DNA of 63,998 nucleotides, the filler included, from Hyphochytrium catenoides (taxonomy: Eukaryota; Protista; Hyphochytriomycota), in NCBI GenBank assembly GCA_900088475.1. It is 14 parts of 14 records of this genome, joined end to end, with 100 filler letters (N's around TTAATTAATTAA, not from the genome) between each part and the next. Parts side by side here need not be neighbours in the genome. Positions count along the whole stretch, not along the records: positions 11,014 to 13,660 come from FLMG01002217.1; positions 13,761 to 15,980 come from FLMG01001304.1; positions 16,081 to 20,332 come from FLMG01003784.1; positions 20,433 to 28,245 come from FLMG01000924.1; 10 more parts are not named here. One strand, written 5' to 3'. This document shows, in pieces, positions 11,814-23,924 of this stretch (positions within the stretch are counted from its first letter, which is position 1; each line of letters starts with the position of its first letter). A program made the translations under genes and the position numbers. The notes beneath the pieces are model-generated. The model did no database searches, had not been told where the DNA came from, and was given only the letters and a program-made list of their open reading frames with translations.

Positions 11814-13100
11814 TGGGATCGCCATTTTGCAGCCTTAGCTGGCTAGAGTCCGCCTTCATAGCCACCTTTAAGCCAGCCTTCTATGCCCGCCTTAAATGCC
11901 CGCCTTTAATGCTCGTGTAATTGAAGGTAGGGGTCGCCGCAGTGGCCAGCTACCCAGTCTAGGTGCCAGCCTGAAACCAGTATAAGTGCTCTCTTTGACG
12001 CGAACTCTGATTGATCCCGCTTGGTGCCAGCGATGGTTACTGCCTTGGTCCGAGCCTAGGTTCCCAGTCTCAGAGCCAGCCCTACGATCCAGCCTAGGTA
12101 CCCAGTTTCAGACCGAGCCCTACGATCCAGCCTAGATACCTAGTCTCAGAGCGAGCCCTACGACCAGCCTAGGTACCAGCCTTTGGGGATTGTCATACTC
12201 GTAACATCACAAGAGACAAAAAGGAACATTGTCATCCGCAAAATATTGAGGGCACTCCTTGCTCTTTCTCGATAAGCTTGGAGAGCACCGCTTCGGTAGG
12301 ACGCAATCAAGTCCAGAAGCATGAGCACTGACGCTCTTACACGGGCGGAACCATGCTCCAGCTTCAAAACGAAGAGTCGTGTACTTCAGCAGTAAGTAGT
12401 TGTTCAAATAGAGTTATTCATAAGCACCTTAGCCTTTCTTTTCATACAGTTGGTGCCACGGTGCTGCGTGTTAGCGCACGGGACTAGCCGGGATCGCCAT
12501 AGCTGCAGCCTTAGCTGGCTAGAAATCCGCCTCGATAGCCACCTTTAAGCCAGCCTTCTATGTCTGCCTTAAATGCTCGTGTAATTGAAGGTAGGGGTCG
12601 CCGATTGTGGCCAGCGATGACCCAGTGTTAGGTGTCAGCCTGAAACCAGCATAAGTGCCCTCTTTGACGCGAATTCTGTTTGATCCCGCTTGGTGCCAGC
12701 GATGGTTACTGCCTTGGTCTGAGCCTAGGATCCCAGTCTCAGAGCCAGCTCTACAAACCAGCCTGGGTACCAGCCTTTGTTGGGTGATTGTCATAACATC
12801 ACAAGAGACAAAAAGGAACATTGTCATCCGCAAAATATTTAGGGCATTCTGGGTGCGTAATAAGAGATGGAGATCCTTGCTCTTTCTCGATAAGCTTGGA
12901 CCAGCACCGCTTCGGTCTGACGCAATCAAGTCCAGAAGCAGGAGCACTGACGCTCTTTATACAGGCGATACCATGCTCCAGCTTTAACACGAAGAGTCGT
13001 GTACTTCCAGCAGTAAGTAGTTGTTCAAGTAGAGTTGTTCATAAGCACCTTAGCCTTCCTTATCATACATTGGTGCCATGGCGCTGCATATTAGCGCACG
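11814..13100. repeat. Tandem duplication of a 610-670 bp transposon-like segment
   Basis: Copy A about 11814-12480 and copy B about 12489-13100 align throughout (gggatcgccat..gcagccttagctggctaga ... ttagcgcacg) with transitions and small indels. Minus-strand translation ends ..LLLDLIASDRS..RTQNALNILRMTMFLFV, weakly like a hAT C-terminus. Confidence 0.9.
12053..12176 (+). repeat. 38-bp unit triplicated inside copy A
   Basis: agcctaggttcccagtctcagagccagccctacgatcc x3 (imperfect); only one unit in copy B. Confidence 0.85.
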
Positions 13101-13760
13101 TGCCTGTGTCAGTCCTCCCAGTTTATGTAGCAATCTTTACAGGAAGTAGCGGTATCGTTTCTTCTTTCAAAGGGCAAGTAGTGTCGGTCTAAAGCAGCAT
13201 TGTTGGTAGGCTAAAGAAACAAAGGCTAGACACGTTAGTATAGTAGGCTGATCTTACCTTGCGGTCTGCATGGGCAAGATCAGACACAAAAGGCGGGCCT
13301 CGCGGCACCGAAAAGCGTGGTAATGTCTACAATCACGTCCTAACTCAAATCCTTTGAGATTTAGTAGGTAACATGGCACCAGCTAGGAGCACCAGTGATT
13401 TGTAGGGACAAAAAACCAAGGGAGAGGGAAGGCAGAAAGTAGTGCTGCCGTAAAGGTAAGACGAAGCTGAGGATGGGAGCTCAATGTTTGGCCGTAAGTT
13501 TTATCCTCAACATGATTACTGGCCCCGCCTAGGGACCCGCCAGCGTTTTGCAATTGTTGTTGCCTTCTTTCAGCTTGCTGTCAACCTTCGGTGGTGCCAG
13601 ATTATGTTCCAGAATGTGCCAACATAAGTGCCAAACAGCATAGGTGCTAGCCTACGTTCCNNNNNNNNNNNNNNNNNNNNNNNNNNNNNNNNNNNNNNNN
13701 NNNNTTAATTAATTAANNNNNNNNNNNNNNNNNNNNNNNNNNNNNNNNNNNNNNNNNNNN

Positions 13761-15980
13761 TTGCCTTTGCCATGAACCCCACCTTTCCTCTGAGGGAAGA
13801 AATACCGATCATACTTTAATCACTGCAATAACCAGAAAGAGAGATATAAAGAGAGTAAGAGATTGAAAACAGAAGCGAGTGCAATGGATGAAGGAGCCAG
13901 AGGAAGCAATAAATGAAAAGAGAAGTAAGAATGGAAAGAGGTACGTATGGAATGCAAGGCAGTCAAAGAAAAGACCCACAGAGCTATGAGGGAGGAAGGG
14001 GAGAAACAGATGGAGACGAAGGAACACAGAAGCTCCTCTCGCCTATGAGGAGGGAGTAGGGTAGTGGTTTCTCTTTGCTCTTGTCAAAGGCCTTAAGCTA
14101 AGAGGATGTCGTCTCCACATTGAGGCACTTCTTGCTCTTTTAACGATACCACTCAGGAGATACAGTGGCTAACTATTCTCTGTTCGCTCTGTTCCTCTAT
14201 CGTTCTCGCCCCTAGTTTCTGATGCGCTTCTTGCTTGGGAAGAGGGAGTGCGGTAGTGTTTCTCTCTGCTCTTGTCAACTATTTTAGGACAAGAGAATAA
14301 CAACAACTCTCATTACATGTTTTGCTGAGACTCTCCTTGCCTTTCTAGCGATAACATTCAGGAGACACAGGGGATGTCCTCTCCTTCTATTTCTCTTTCT
14401 CTCTGTTGTTCTCTGTTCCTCTATTCTTCTCGCTCCTTCTAGTGCTCCTTGATGCCTTTCTTTTCTGGTCTCTCTATCGTCTATTAGATGAGGGAGAGTA
14501 CGGAAGGTCGTGTGATTTATTCCATAAGAATACAGAAATCGAAATAAGAGTAGAAGGAGAGAAGCCATTGTTGATAGGACCCTCTCTTCCGTCCCTCTCT
14601 CCCTCTCTCTCTTGTTCTCCTTTCTTTTCTCGACATAATCTATTCTTTTTGAACCACTATTTTCAGTTTCCGAGTATGGCGACGCTCGATTTGTCTCCTC
14701 TTCATTCTCCCGTAATCTAAAGATAATGCGAGAGTAGCCAGATACTATAGGTGCAAGATTATTCGACGAAGTAAAGGAGATAAAAGACCTCATCCTTTCC
14801 CCCCTCCTAAACCAAGGAAGAGAGCATGCTCTATGGTCAGCTTCCGCTTTTACTTTTTCTTTGTATTGCATTCCGAGGAATAGAAGTTAGGTAATGTATG
14901 AATCGAGGAGAGGCTTTAGCACGAGGAGAGCGCGCGAGAGGGAGCAAAAGAGAGAGAGCACAGCAGATTAAAAGAGACAGACCAGTATCAGGAGGGATAG
15001 ACATATGGAGGGAGATAGACGGGAGCAGATGAGCAAAACGTAGGACAGAGATAAAGAGGCGCAATAGTGCATTTTAAAACTAAAGTGTGACTTATGATAA
15101 AAGGAAGCAGGCTACCCATTATATCTTCGGAGAGAGTGAGCGCTGTCAGCTAAGTTGTTGACGAAGAGAAGGAAGAGAGAGAGCACCAAGAAGGATTTGT
15201 ATTGAAGACAGAATTCACCAGAAGCAGCAGGGAGAAGCAGGAGCGGGGCGGTAGGAGTGAGACACCAAAGAATTAGCTATTTAAGTACGGGGGTATGCAA
15301 AGTATGTAAGGCTAGTAAAATAGCAAGGGGACGCTAAAGGAGCAAAGGGAGTGTTAGATAGAGTTAGGAAGATTAATGGGAGAGTAGGTGCTAGAGTTAA
15401 GAAGGAGAGATATAAACGAGGAAAGAAGAAAGAGCAGTTGAAGCTGTTTGCACATGGGAAAGAGTTGGAGAATAGGGGCAGAGAGAATCCAGAGCGGTAC
15501 GTAGGATTGAGGACCAAGGTGAAATGTTTAAGGTTAACGTTGAGATGCGTGTACCACAGGAACAAAAGAGTCCAGCGGACGGAATTAACAAAGAGATCAT
15601 ATTCAAAGTTTAAAAGTAATCGGCGAGCAGCTGTTAACAGAGGGAAAGACAGACAAGGACGAAGATAATGGGAGAGAAAAAGCATCAAAATTGGGGGGAA
15701 GATGATGTTCGCAAGAATGTCTAGAGTGAAGAAGACCGGGCCAGTTGAGTGCAGTTTAAGGAATGGAAAGATAGTGGGGGGCAGTTGCTAATAAGGTGAA
15801 AGAGAGATAAAGACGAAGAGCAAGTGGAAACAAGGCATCAGAAAGGATTTGCGCAGAAGACGGAGTTCGTTGAGAATAAGCAGAGTAAACAGGAATAGGG
15901 AGTAGGAGTAAGGGACACAATGGAGTGTGGTTGGTCAACGCATGTAAAGCAGTGTAAACAAGTCAATAGGACGGTAAAGT
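13761..15980 (-). mobile_element. Probable decayed non-LTR retrotransposon segment
   Basis: Purine-skewed, stop-ridden, no splice structure. Minus strand near 13980-13940 reads SSVGLFFDCLAFHTY, like the HLFFDCPxF zinc-finger end of LINE ORF2. Weak. Confidence 0.3.
14050..14510 (+). repeat. Imperfect tandem repeat, 190-250 bp units
   Basis: Units begin gagggagt.. near 14050, 14243 and 14490. The first two share ggtagtg.tttctct.tgctcttgtcaa, tcaggaga.acag and ctctgttcctctat..ttctcgc. Confidence 0.7.
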
Positions 15981-16080
15981 NNNNNNNNNNNNNNNNNNNN
16001 NNNNNNNNNNNNNNNNNNNNNNNNTTAATTAATTAANNNNNNNNNNNNNNNNNNNNNNNNNNNNNNNNNNNNNNNNNNNN

Positions 16081-16596
16081 ACCCATCATAGAGTCCTCTG
16101 GCAGTGCTGCTAGTGCGTTGGCAATGGCCGCCGGCTCTCCGTTGATCGCCTCCTTTACCTTCTTCAAGGTCACCTGTTTCGAGTCTGGACGGGAGAGAGT
16201 GTGAGACAACAGAGAAAGAGCCGAGAGGATACCTTTCATCTCCTTTACCGTCAAGACAGAGCTTGAAGAAGAGAGAGGTCATCAGTTGCTCCGTCTCCTT
16301 TTCCTCCTCTGCGTGATGATCATCAGCGATGATCTCGCTCTTCTCTTCGTCTGCTTCTCCCCTCGCAGCTCTCTCTTCAGCTCCTGGGCCCTTGTGATGG
16401 CCTGTCACTTCCAGTCCAGAGCTCTCAGGTAGAGCTTGGGACTCGTATCTCTGTAGAGTAAAGGGTTAGATGGATTCTTCTTCAGTCTCTCTCTCTCTCT
16501 CTCTCTCTCCCTGTCTATCTATCCATCTACGTATCTATCTATCTATCCCCCCCTCTCTCTGTTTCGGCCTCTCTCTCTCTCTCTTTCTCTCCCTCT

Positions 16597-16641
<45 letters not shown>

Positions 16642-16957
16642 CTCCCTTTCTTCCTCTTTAGTGCGTGGTGTGTTCATCTTGTCTCCACCTCTGTCGCTTT
16701 AACCCTCTCTTTCTCCCCTGCGCGTTTGCGCACACACACGCACTCTCTCTCTCTCCCTGGCGCTATCCTCTCTCCTACAAGCTCGGTCTTTTCATGTCTT
16801 CGAGCTTTCCCGCAGTGCTCACCTGTTTGAGAATTGCCAGAACCTCTTCCTCGGTCTTCCCTTCCTTCGTCACCATCTCTTCGTACTCTGTCTTGATTTT
16901 AGCCAGAGTCTCAGCGTCAAAGCGCGAGTCATACGTGGAGCTCACAGCGCCGCCCAT
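16081..16957 (-). CDS. 5' part of a putative N-myristoylated, EF-hand-like protein
   Basis: Exons 16957-16823, 16450 to about 16249, and about 16184-16081 (into spacer). Starts MGGAVS (MGxxxS). Splicing gives LFFKLCLDDSKQVTLKKVKEAI, a degenerate EF-hand-like loop. Confidence 0.6.
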
Positions 16958-17292
16958 TGTTGACGGAGGGAAAGTCTTCAGGATCCACGGAAAGAGGAAG
17001 AAGGCAGGCGAGGATGTGAGCGACGAAGAAAGAGGACTTATGACGGAGAGATGCCCAAGCAGAATGAGATTTCTTGGTCTCTTTCCCCTCTCTTTCTCTC
17101 TCCCCCCTTCTCTCTCTTCTCTCTGTTTTCTGTCGCTTCCCCTGTCGGTTAGCAAGCGCTTCTCAACGCGCCTTGCGAGAGCTTTTGCAGTTTGTCTCAG
17201 GCTCTTCCTCTCTCTCACTCGGCTGTCTACAGTACCCTCCCCGTGTAGCTTGTCAACACCCGTTTATCTTTGTTCATGGGTCGTGAAGGGGA

Positions 17293-17344
<52 letters not shown>

Positions 17345-17449
17345 GAGAGAGAGGGAGAGAGAGAGAGGAAGGAGAAAGAGAGTTAGAGGGAAAGAGAGAG
17401 AGGAAAAGAGCGAGAGAGAGGAAAAGAGATTAGACGTAGTAATACATTA

Positions 17450-18600
17450 GTCAATGCCTAAAAAGGCATTTAGTGGGAGTACTACTTTCCATAACCCCCA
17501 TCAGCCAGACGATAGAGGTTATCAGGAATGATAAAAACTCTTATTTCGAATCCCCAGACCAAGTCAATATCCGTCATCCGTACATTTATATCAGGAATAA
17601 GCTTAGGGCTTCTGAAGCTCTGCGTCAGATTCTGCAATGATCGGTGCAGAGACACCTTCCAAGCTACAGTACCGCAGCAGACAGCAGACAGAGACAGTGA
17701 GATCTGCAGATGCATTGACGGCATAGTCACGAACTCTAGGACATAGCGGGGAGGACAGTCCCACGTAAGCTAGTGGTAGCAGAGGAGCACTGACATCCAT
17801 TGCTAATGCTCCGCATAAAATAAGAGTGAGGAGCCCGATTGCTCACAAGTGTGCGTATGTCCAATGTCATAGTCCTGTTGGCCTCCGGACTGACGGACGT
17901 CGATGCTGAGCGTTGCTCCGTGTGACGCTGCTAAACGTGTATGCAAGGCAGGAGCTGACCACTGCTGTGGCATATGGCCATTGAAGCCTGGCAGAGTTCT
18001 ATCTTGTAAGGGTGCCAGATAGTCAGGGAGCCAAGGTGGGTTGAGGGCGAGCCTAGTGGCAGCGAATAGTAAGTGCTGTGTGAGCTAGACCTTGACAAAG
18101 ATAAGGGAAGAGTAATAATCGACAGCAGAGGAGGCTTTGACAAGATAAGGGAGTAGTAATAGTCTACAGCAGATGAGTAATGAGACGGGAACATCTTCTT
18201 AACTCTCAGCAAATCAGAGGGATCCTCGTCTTTCTAGTCACTAGTATGGCCCTGCTGCCATGGCAAGATAGAATGGTATTGTCAACAATAAGAGATCATT
18301 AAGGATCTCTTGAGCGGTAAAGAACGCCGCGTCTAGATGAGAGAAGCTCTGTACGCAGACAGGGTAGGTCGGCTAAAGTGTGCCAATACGAAGGCAAACA
18401 GAATGCCGTTTAGGCTCTGGTACTTTGACTGCCACCGCCTCTATCTGCTGCCTTTCTGTGGCATGGGTAACTCTTTCAGACATTTCTCTTTTTCTTCCTT
18501 CATCTATCACTAACTGCTTCGTACAGACCATTCCTCGATTGAGCTCATAGATTCTTGGCTCCCTGTTCACATTGACGATAATAAGGGAGCTAGTAACAAG
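17450..18600 (-). mobile_element. Decayed element, possibly tyrosine-recombinase (DIRS/Ngaro/Crypton-like) relic
   Basis: Fragments in YR order across broken frames: LSIDVRQS, SSPLCPRVRDY, GIRNKSFYHS, GLWK. Perfect hairpin aatgcct-aaaa-aggcatt at 17453-17470. Confidence 0.28.
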
Positions 18601-20527
18601 CTGTGACTCTTACATACATAGCCTCCATCGAGGCAAGCCTACAACCACCTCGAACGGTTGTCGTTGTCCCTAGCCTATACAGTCGAAGAAGAACTAACCC
18701 AGCGCCATGCAGCAGCAGCTTCTGGAGCCAGCATCGGCTGATCTATGGAGGGCTTTGATGGCTGTGGCAGTGAATGATGGGACCATCAGCGGAGAGAGCA
18801 GCAGCAGAAGAAGAAATCACACCTACAGCTTGGGAACTTTCCCGTCGTCGACAAAGCAGCCATTTCCCACTACTCTCGAGTCAGTTCTTCTCGGCGGTCT
18901 CTAAGACGCTAGAAGGAAACTTGGTCAGGTGCGGGATGAGTGACCACTAGCTCTCTCTCCTCCTTCTTCGCCCTTCTCCCGCCCTGAGGACTTGGCGGTA
19001 GGGTTCGTGAATTTGCAAAGGACTATCACCAAAGGTTGTTCTCAGTCACACTCTTTGATATCTCGGCTGACACATCATTCTCTGCCGAGATTACCCTTCG
19101 TTATGCAGCGGATCGGTAGCTGCGGTTGAAGACCGACTGTAAGAAGCGGCAAGATCAGTATTTTCCGCCTTTCAATGGCCACCGAAAACGACCTCCTTTT
19201 GAGTTTGGAGTCTTTTGGTGGAGCGTCTTCGGCCACGGACTGTGGTTGGCGGCTTGTCAACATTATCTGCGCAGCCAAAGTCGATCGAACGGTTGCAGTT
19301 GAACGCGATGTACACTTTTTAACGCATCGTTGGCTCGGCAAGTGACTCACGAGGAGGAAACGGCGGCCCGTATGATTGTTTCCCGATCGCCCCGTTCAGG
19401 CGCCCGACGGCCGACCTTCCCGCTTTTCACCCTTCTCCGTCATGCGCTTTCTTCTTCTTCCCTCCGTCCCTCCTTTCTCCTTTCATCTCCCGCACTTTGT
19501 TGCCGCCCCTGCTCCTATCATCTCTCCTCTTGCTGTTCGAGAGGAAGATCAAGAAGATTTCTTCCCCTCTTCTCTCGCCACATTGCAGAACCAACGAAGA
19601 AGAGGAAGATGAATCCTCCGCGTGCCTCCTCCTCCTCCTCGATGGCCCCAGCCGCCACTTTTGTCTACCTTCCCCTCCGGTCCTCGGTGGCCGGGTGCTG
19701 CTTCCTTCCTCGTTCTTCTCTTCTCTCTTCTGGCTCTAGCACTAGGAGCCTTGTTCTTCTCTTCCTCCATTCTCCTCCTCCTCCTCCGTCCTTCTCGTGC
19801 TGGTGATGATGAAGAAGTAGAAGATCTTCTTCTTCGTTCTCTCCTCCTCCTGGGTGGTTCCTCAAAACAGTAGTTCTAGAGGCTCGAGTCTTTCATTTAC
19901 CCGTCAACCCAAGACTTATTCACACTATGTTATACAGAATGGAGTTTGTGGATCCGGGTTAGTACTCGGGTTTGATGCTTGATAACTAACAAAAAAAGAA
20001 TCTTGCAGGGTTTTTGTGCGGCCTTTCTGATGGACTGTCTCTGATGGCTTCCTCTCCCCCTTTCCATTACATCTCCCTCCCACTCTTATTTTACATATCG
20101 CTATATTTTGTAGTGTTATTACACTCATCTCTCTCTTACACTTCCTCACGCATTTAGCCAAACACAGTAGACTCTGTCTCGCCCTCCCCGCCAGCCAACG
20201 GCTTCAAGTTTTTCCTCCTCTTTCTCTCTCCAGATCCTCGCTCCTCCCCTCGCCGTCTTCTCCCTCTGTCATCTCCTTCTGGAACGTCAACAAGCCCATA
20301 CCAAGATCTCTCTCTCTCTCTCTCTCTCTCTCNNNNNNNNNNNNNNNNNNNNNNNNNNNNNNNNNNNNNNNNNNNNTTAATTAATTAANNNNNNNNNNNN
20401 NNNNNNNNNNNNNNNNNNNNNNNNNNNNNNNNTTATGTCAGTAAAAGATTAGACAAGATAGAAAGCATGGTGTTTCCCAGAAGGGTCCCGACACTATTGA
20501 CCACAGAAGGGCGGCGGAGCATCGTAC

Positions 20528-20624
20528 CTTTGTCGAAGTCAATTTCAAAGATGCCCACATCTTTTTCTTTCTGCCGCTGGCGCACCTCCTGGGGCGGACA
20601 CATCAACCTACAAGTCCCTCTCAT
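20528..20624 (-). CDS. Exon of a SAC3/GANP-domain protein (remainder lost at spacer)
   Basis: MRGTCRLMCPPQEVRQRQKEKDVGIFE matches the SAC3/GANP start GTCxxMCPxxExxxRxxxxDxxxFE; GT donor at 20527. Confidence 0.8.
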
Positions 20625-20830
20625 TCTCTGTAGAGCCACTGATGGGAGTCTTGTGGGAGACGAGGCGGTCCGGGATAAAGCAATGTTTGTAAGCTTGCGG
20701 CAGTGCGGGTGCCTCTTTCGCCACGGCTGCGGGAGGATTATTCTTATTACAATCGTAATGTAGACCTTCTAGGAAGAAAGATAGAAGAGGCGGGGAGGTT
20801 GAAGCGATAAAGCTACGGACCCACCTCAGC

Positions 20831-20936
20831 TTCCGTATGGTGAAGATGCGAGAAATAGGATGAGGAGGACAGAGAGCTAAAGATTCCGTATGGTGAAGAT
20901 GCGAGAAATAGGATGAGGAGGACAGAGAGCTAAAGA
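20831..20936 (+). repeat. Perfect 53-bp tandem duplication
   Basis: ttccgtatggtgaagatgcgagaaataggatgaggaggacagagagctaaaga x2. Confidence 0.95.
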
Positions 20937-21611
20937 ATGGTATGTTGGCGTTTGTCACCTCAGGAAGCGATAAAAAATAGAAAGTAGGTGTGACCACTCT
21001 CTTTGACCTCCTGGAACAATGGCCAGTGACGAGGCAAGCGGCAGTATGCAGAGGCGAGAGCGGCAGCTCCTCTGACTAGCAGCAACAGGGTAGGAAGTGG
21101 TTGCAGAACACGGCACCACCACCACGAAGATTAGACGGAATGAGCCGCAGGTGTGGTCTCTCTCACGAACTGTCTGGTGATGATATGTAGGTAGGCAACC
21201 AAGGATGGTGACCCAACTGCAGCAGATTCTTTACTTAACGGGCTAGCACCCGCGCCAGCACTATCTACTAGCACCGATGACGGAAGTTCGCGTCTTGATG
21301 TCCCTTCATTCCCTGATTCATACTAGTTCTATGAGGAGCAGCGTTGAAGGTCGTCAGGTCCGGGCAGAGGAGGTCAGGAAGATCAAGAAGCAAGAAGCAC
21401 AGATGCGGGAACCCAGACCATCATCAGAGAGTTGAAAACTTGTGAAAAGAACTAGTAGATCTGCCATATTATGATCTTCATAATCTGATTACTGATATGG
21501 TTTAAATGTAGATTCTTCCCAGCAAGTTCGGCCCCCCATAGTTCCTACAGTACAGCTGTTCCTACAGTGTACGACGGCTTTTACAGGTGGAAGTTAGAGA
21601 TCCCAGGAAGT

Positions 21612-22352
21612 ATCTTGAACGCTTTTAATGAGCATCTTCCAGTTTCTCCGATAGACGAGACAGAACGGCAACCAAGCTGTCAGGCTTCTTCTCGGGTGGC
21701 GATGATGGCCCTTTCCCGCAACGTGGCAAGGGGCCAACGTTCTCGTTCTCATTATCTTTCCAGTCATTCTGACTTTCCTGCGAGGGACTGACGCGAGAAT
21801 TGGGGTCAATGACCGTTATGCGCTGTCTCTTGGGTGCTTGGGTGCACCACCAGGCGTTGTTAAGATAATAACCCTTGCCAAACACTCAGTCACCAGAGAC
21901 TTGTAATAGGATTCCCATGACTTAGGTAGACAGGCCCTGTTCCGCGACCGACTGAAAAGGCGCCTCGTAGTTTAGTTTACTACTGGTGGAGGAGCTACTG
22001 ACAGGAACGGCAGACAAGAACACTCAGGGGCACAAAAGCGCAAAAGTCATGGGCATCTTCTTACAAGCCTCTGGTGACTGAGTGGTTGCCAAGGGTTATC
22101 TCAACAACGCCTGCTGGTGCACCCAAGAGACAGCGCATAACCGTCCTTGTCCTTAACCGTCCTTGACCCCAATTCTCGCGTCAGTCCCTCCTCGCAGGGA
22201 AGTCAAAATGACTGGAAGGATAATGAGGAGAGCATTGGCCCCTTGCCACTTTGCGGGAAAGGGCCATCGCTACCCGAGAAGCCTGATAGCTTTGTTGCAG
22301 TTTTGTCCCGTCTACTATCGGAGAAATTGGAGATGCTCAAAGCGGTCAAGAG
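21612..22352. repeat. Long imperfect inverted repeat (about 310-bp arms, about 120-bp spacer)
   Basis: Arms about 21612-21924 and 22043-22352 are reverse complements. The same peptide DPNSRVSPS..NDWKDNE..GPLPxCGKGPS..VAVLSRL appears on opposite strands in the ORF track. Confidence 0.93.
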
Positions 22353-22520
22353 ACGACAAGAGAAGACATTGTGGCACAGCTAGAGCGCAACCAGCAAGCG
22401 GTCGGCCCTAACTCAGCCTGTTTTGGCCTTCACCAATCAGGAGGCGGCGAAGGGGCGATGATATGAAGAAGTACATCTGGCTAGGCATTATTGTGAAAGT
22501 GATCCTTAGGGATAATAAAA

Positions 22521-23924
22521 CTACCTACCCCTGCCTCGCTGGCGGTAGATAATATTGGTTAGTGCTCTGCACAGCTGAATTCTTGCCTTAGCAAATTCAG
22601 TATTATGATCTCGCCGTTTGTCACTAGTTCCCCTGGCAGCTGCCCACTTCGCGAGGTAACCAATGATCTGCTCTACCTTCTTCTTAACACGCCTTCTTCC
22701 CAGCCAACTATGGTATGCAGCGCAATAATACTGTCTAATCACTTTAGCCCTTGGCTTGCTTACACTGGCACACGCTAAAGCGACTGCTGTCGCCTTGAAC
22801 GGGGTCATCACGAAGATTTCATAATACCCGTCCAGACCCTTCTCCGCGCCAATTACAAGCCCAGTCCCATCCAGGGTCCTCATTATTGCGAGCCCGAAGG
22901 GTGAGCCTCAATTTCAACCCACAGGGGCTTCAGCACAAATGGACTTTTTCGTGTTGTTGTCTGTGTGTCTGTCTGTCTGTCTGTCTGTGAGCAAAATTTC
23001 ACTATTTGGTTATTCACTAATCACTGTTTGGGCTTTCTCCTTTGGTTAGGGTCTGGATGTAATTTGGGTACATATAAAGGGGTTATAGTATAAGCGAAAG
23101 GGGGTTTATGAAACTAACTCGAATTTGTAACGCGAGACGTATCACTATAAACCGAGGCATATCGCCTGCGTCCACGCGAATTTGTGTTGTATCCTCATTC
23201 TACCTGAGACGCATCACCTCCTTTCCTGTATATTTAGCTTTAGAAGCTGATTGTAGAGGTGACACGTCACGCGACTCCTGCAGCAGTCGAGAGTTGAGAA
23301 AGTTTCACCCTTCACTCACTCAGTCACTCACTCACGACTCTTCTGAGGAAAGCGTGGGTGAGCGAGTAGAGAGATCCTTTAGAGTGTGCCTACCTAGAGG
23401 AAATAAATGATAGAACTACACATATGATGTAGGAGGAATGAAGAGCTCCTGCTGTTACTTGTAGTTCTACAAGTACAACTAGGAAATCAGTGAGCCAAGC
23501 ATCTTGGCTAATAATGCAGCCGAAGGCTGGATTACGCACTAGTAACGTCGGGCGAGCCCTAGGCGAAGCCTAAAGCTATTGATAGGGGATCGGAATGCTC
23601 CATTTACATCGGATGAGACCCTCACAGTAACGCACTTAGTCTGATGTACCCACCATTTCCGTCCCTCTTCCGCCGATACAAACGAGCATAGTTTGAGGGC
23701 GTCAGACTTAGCATAACCACCAGAACAATAAGCTCGTCTGTAGAAGGTTCATAGAGGAGATATATTTCCCTAAGAACTTGAAAAGTGTAAAGCCAGATAA
23801 CCCCTGAAGCGCTCTCAGCGGAAGGTTTATTTTGCCGCCGCAGGACCGTCAGGAAGAGAAGCAAGCGCGGCAAAGAAGACCAGGCATTGCTATGCTGAGC
23901 GTCGGTCGGCCAGATTTCTTTCAA
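22521..23924 (-). pseudogene. Intronless virus-like ORF (MSV199/AntA-like DNA-binding motif) interrupted by an insertion
   Basis: ORF 22883-22521 has EIFVMTPFK..ACASVSKPRAKVIRQYY, resembling FKxxCMxxxTxKAxxIRxYY. ORF 23924-23622 is in the same frame once the insert is removed, with two stops (TGA, TAA) in between. Confidence 0.4.
22884..23581 (+). mobile_element. Non-autonomous Helentron/Helitron-like (HINE/DINE-1-type) element
   Basis: 5' GAA-loop hairpin gcccgaagggt, (GTCT)n at about 22958-22988, (TCAC)n at about 23312-23334, hairpin cagcc-gaa-ggctg followed by CTAG|T at 23539-23543, terminal hairpin taggc-gaa-gccta. tattg at both ends (22884-22888, 23577-23581). Confidence 0.65.

Noticed and set aside
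12053-12176. 38-bp repeats as a CRISPR array
   Set aside because: Head-to-tail units without unique spacers; eukaryotic context; no cas genes.
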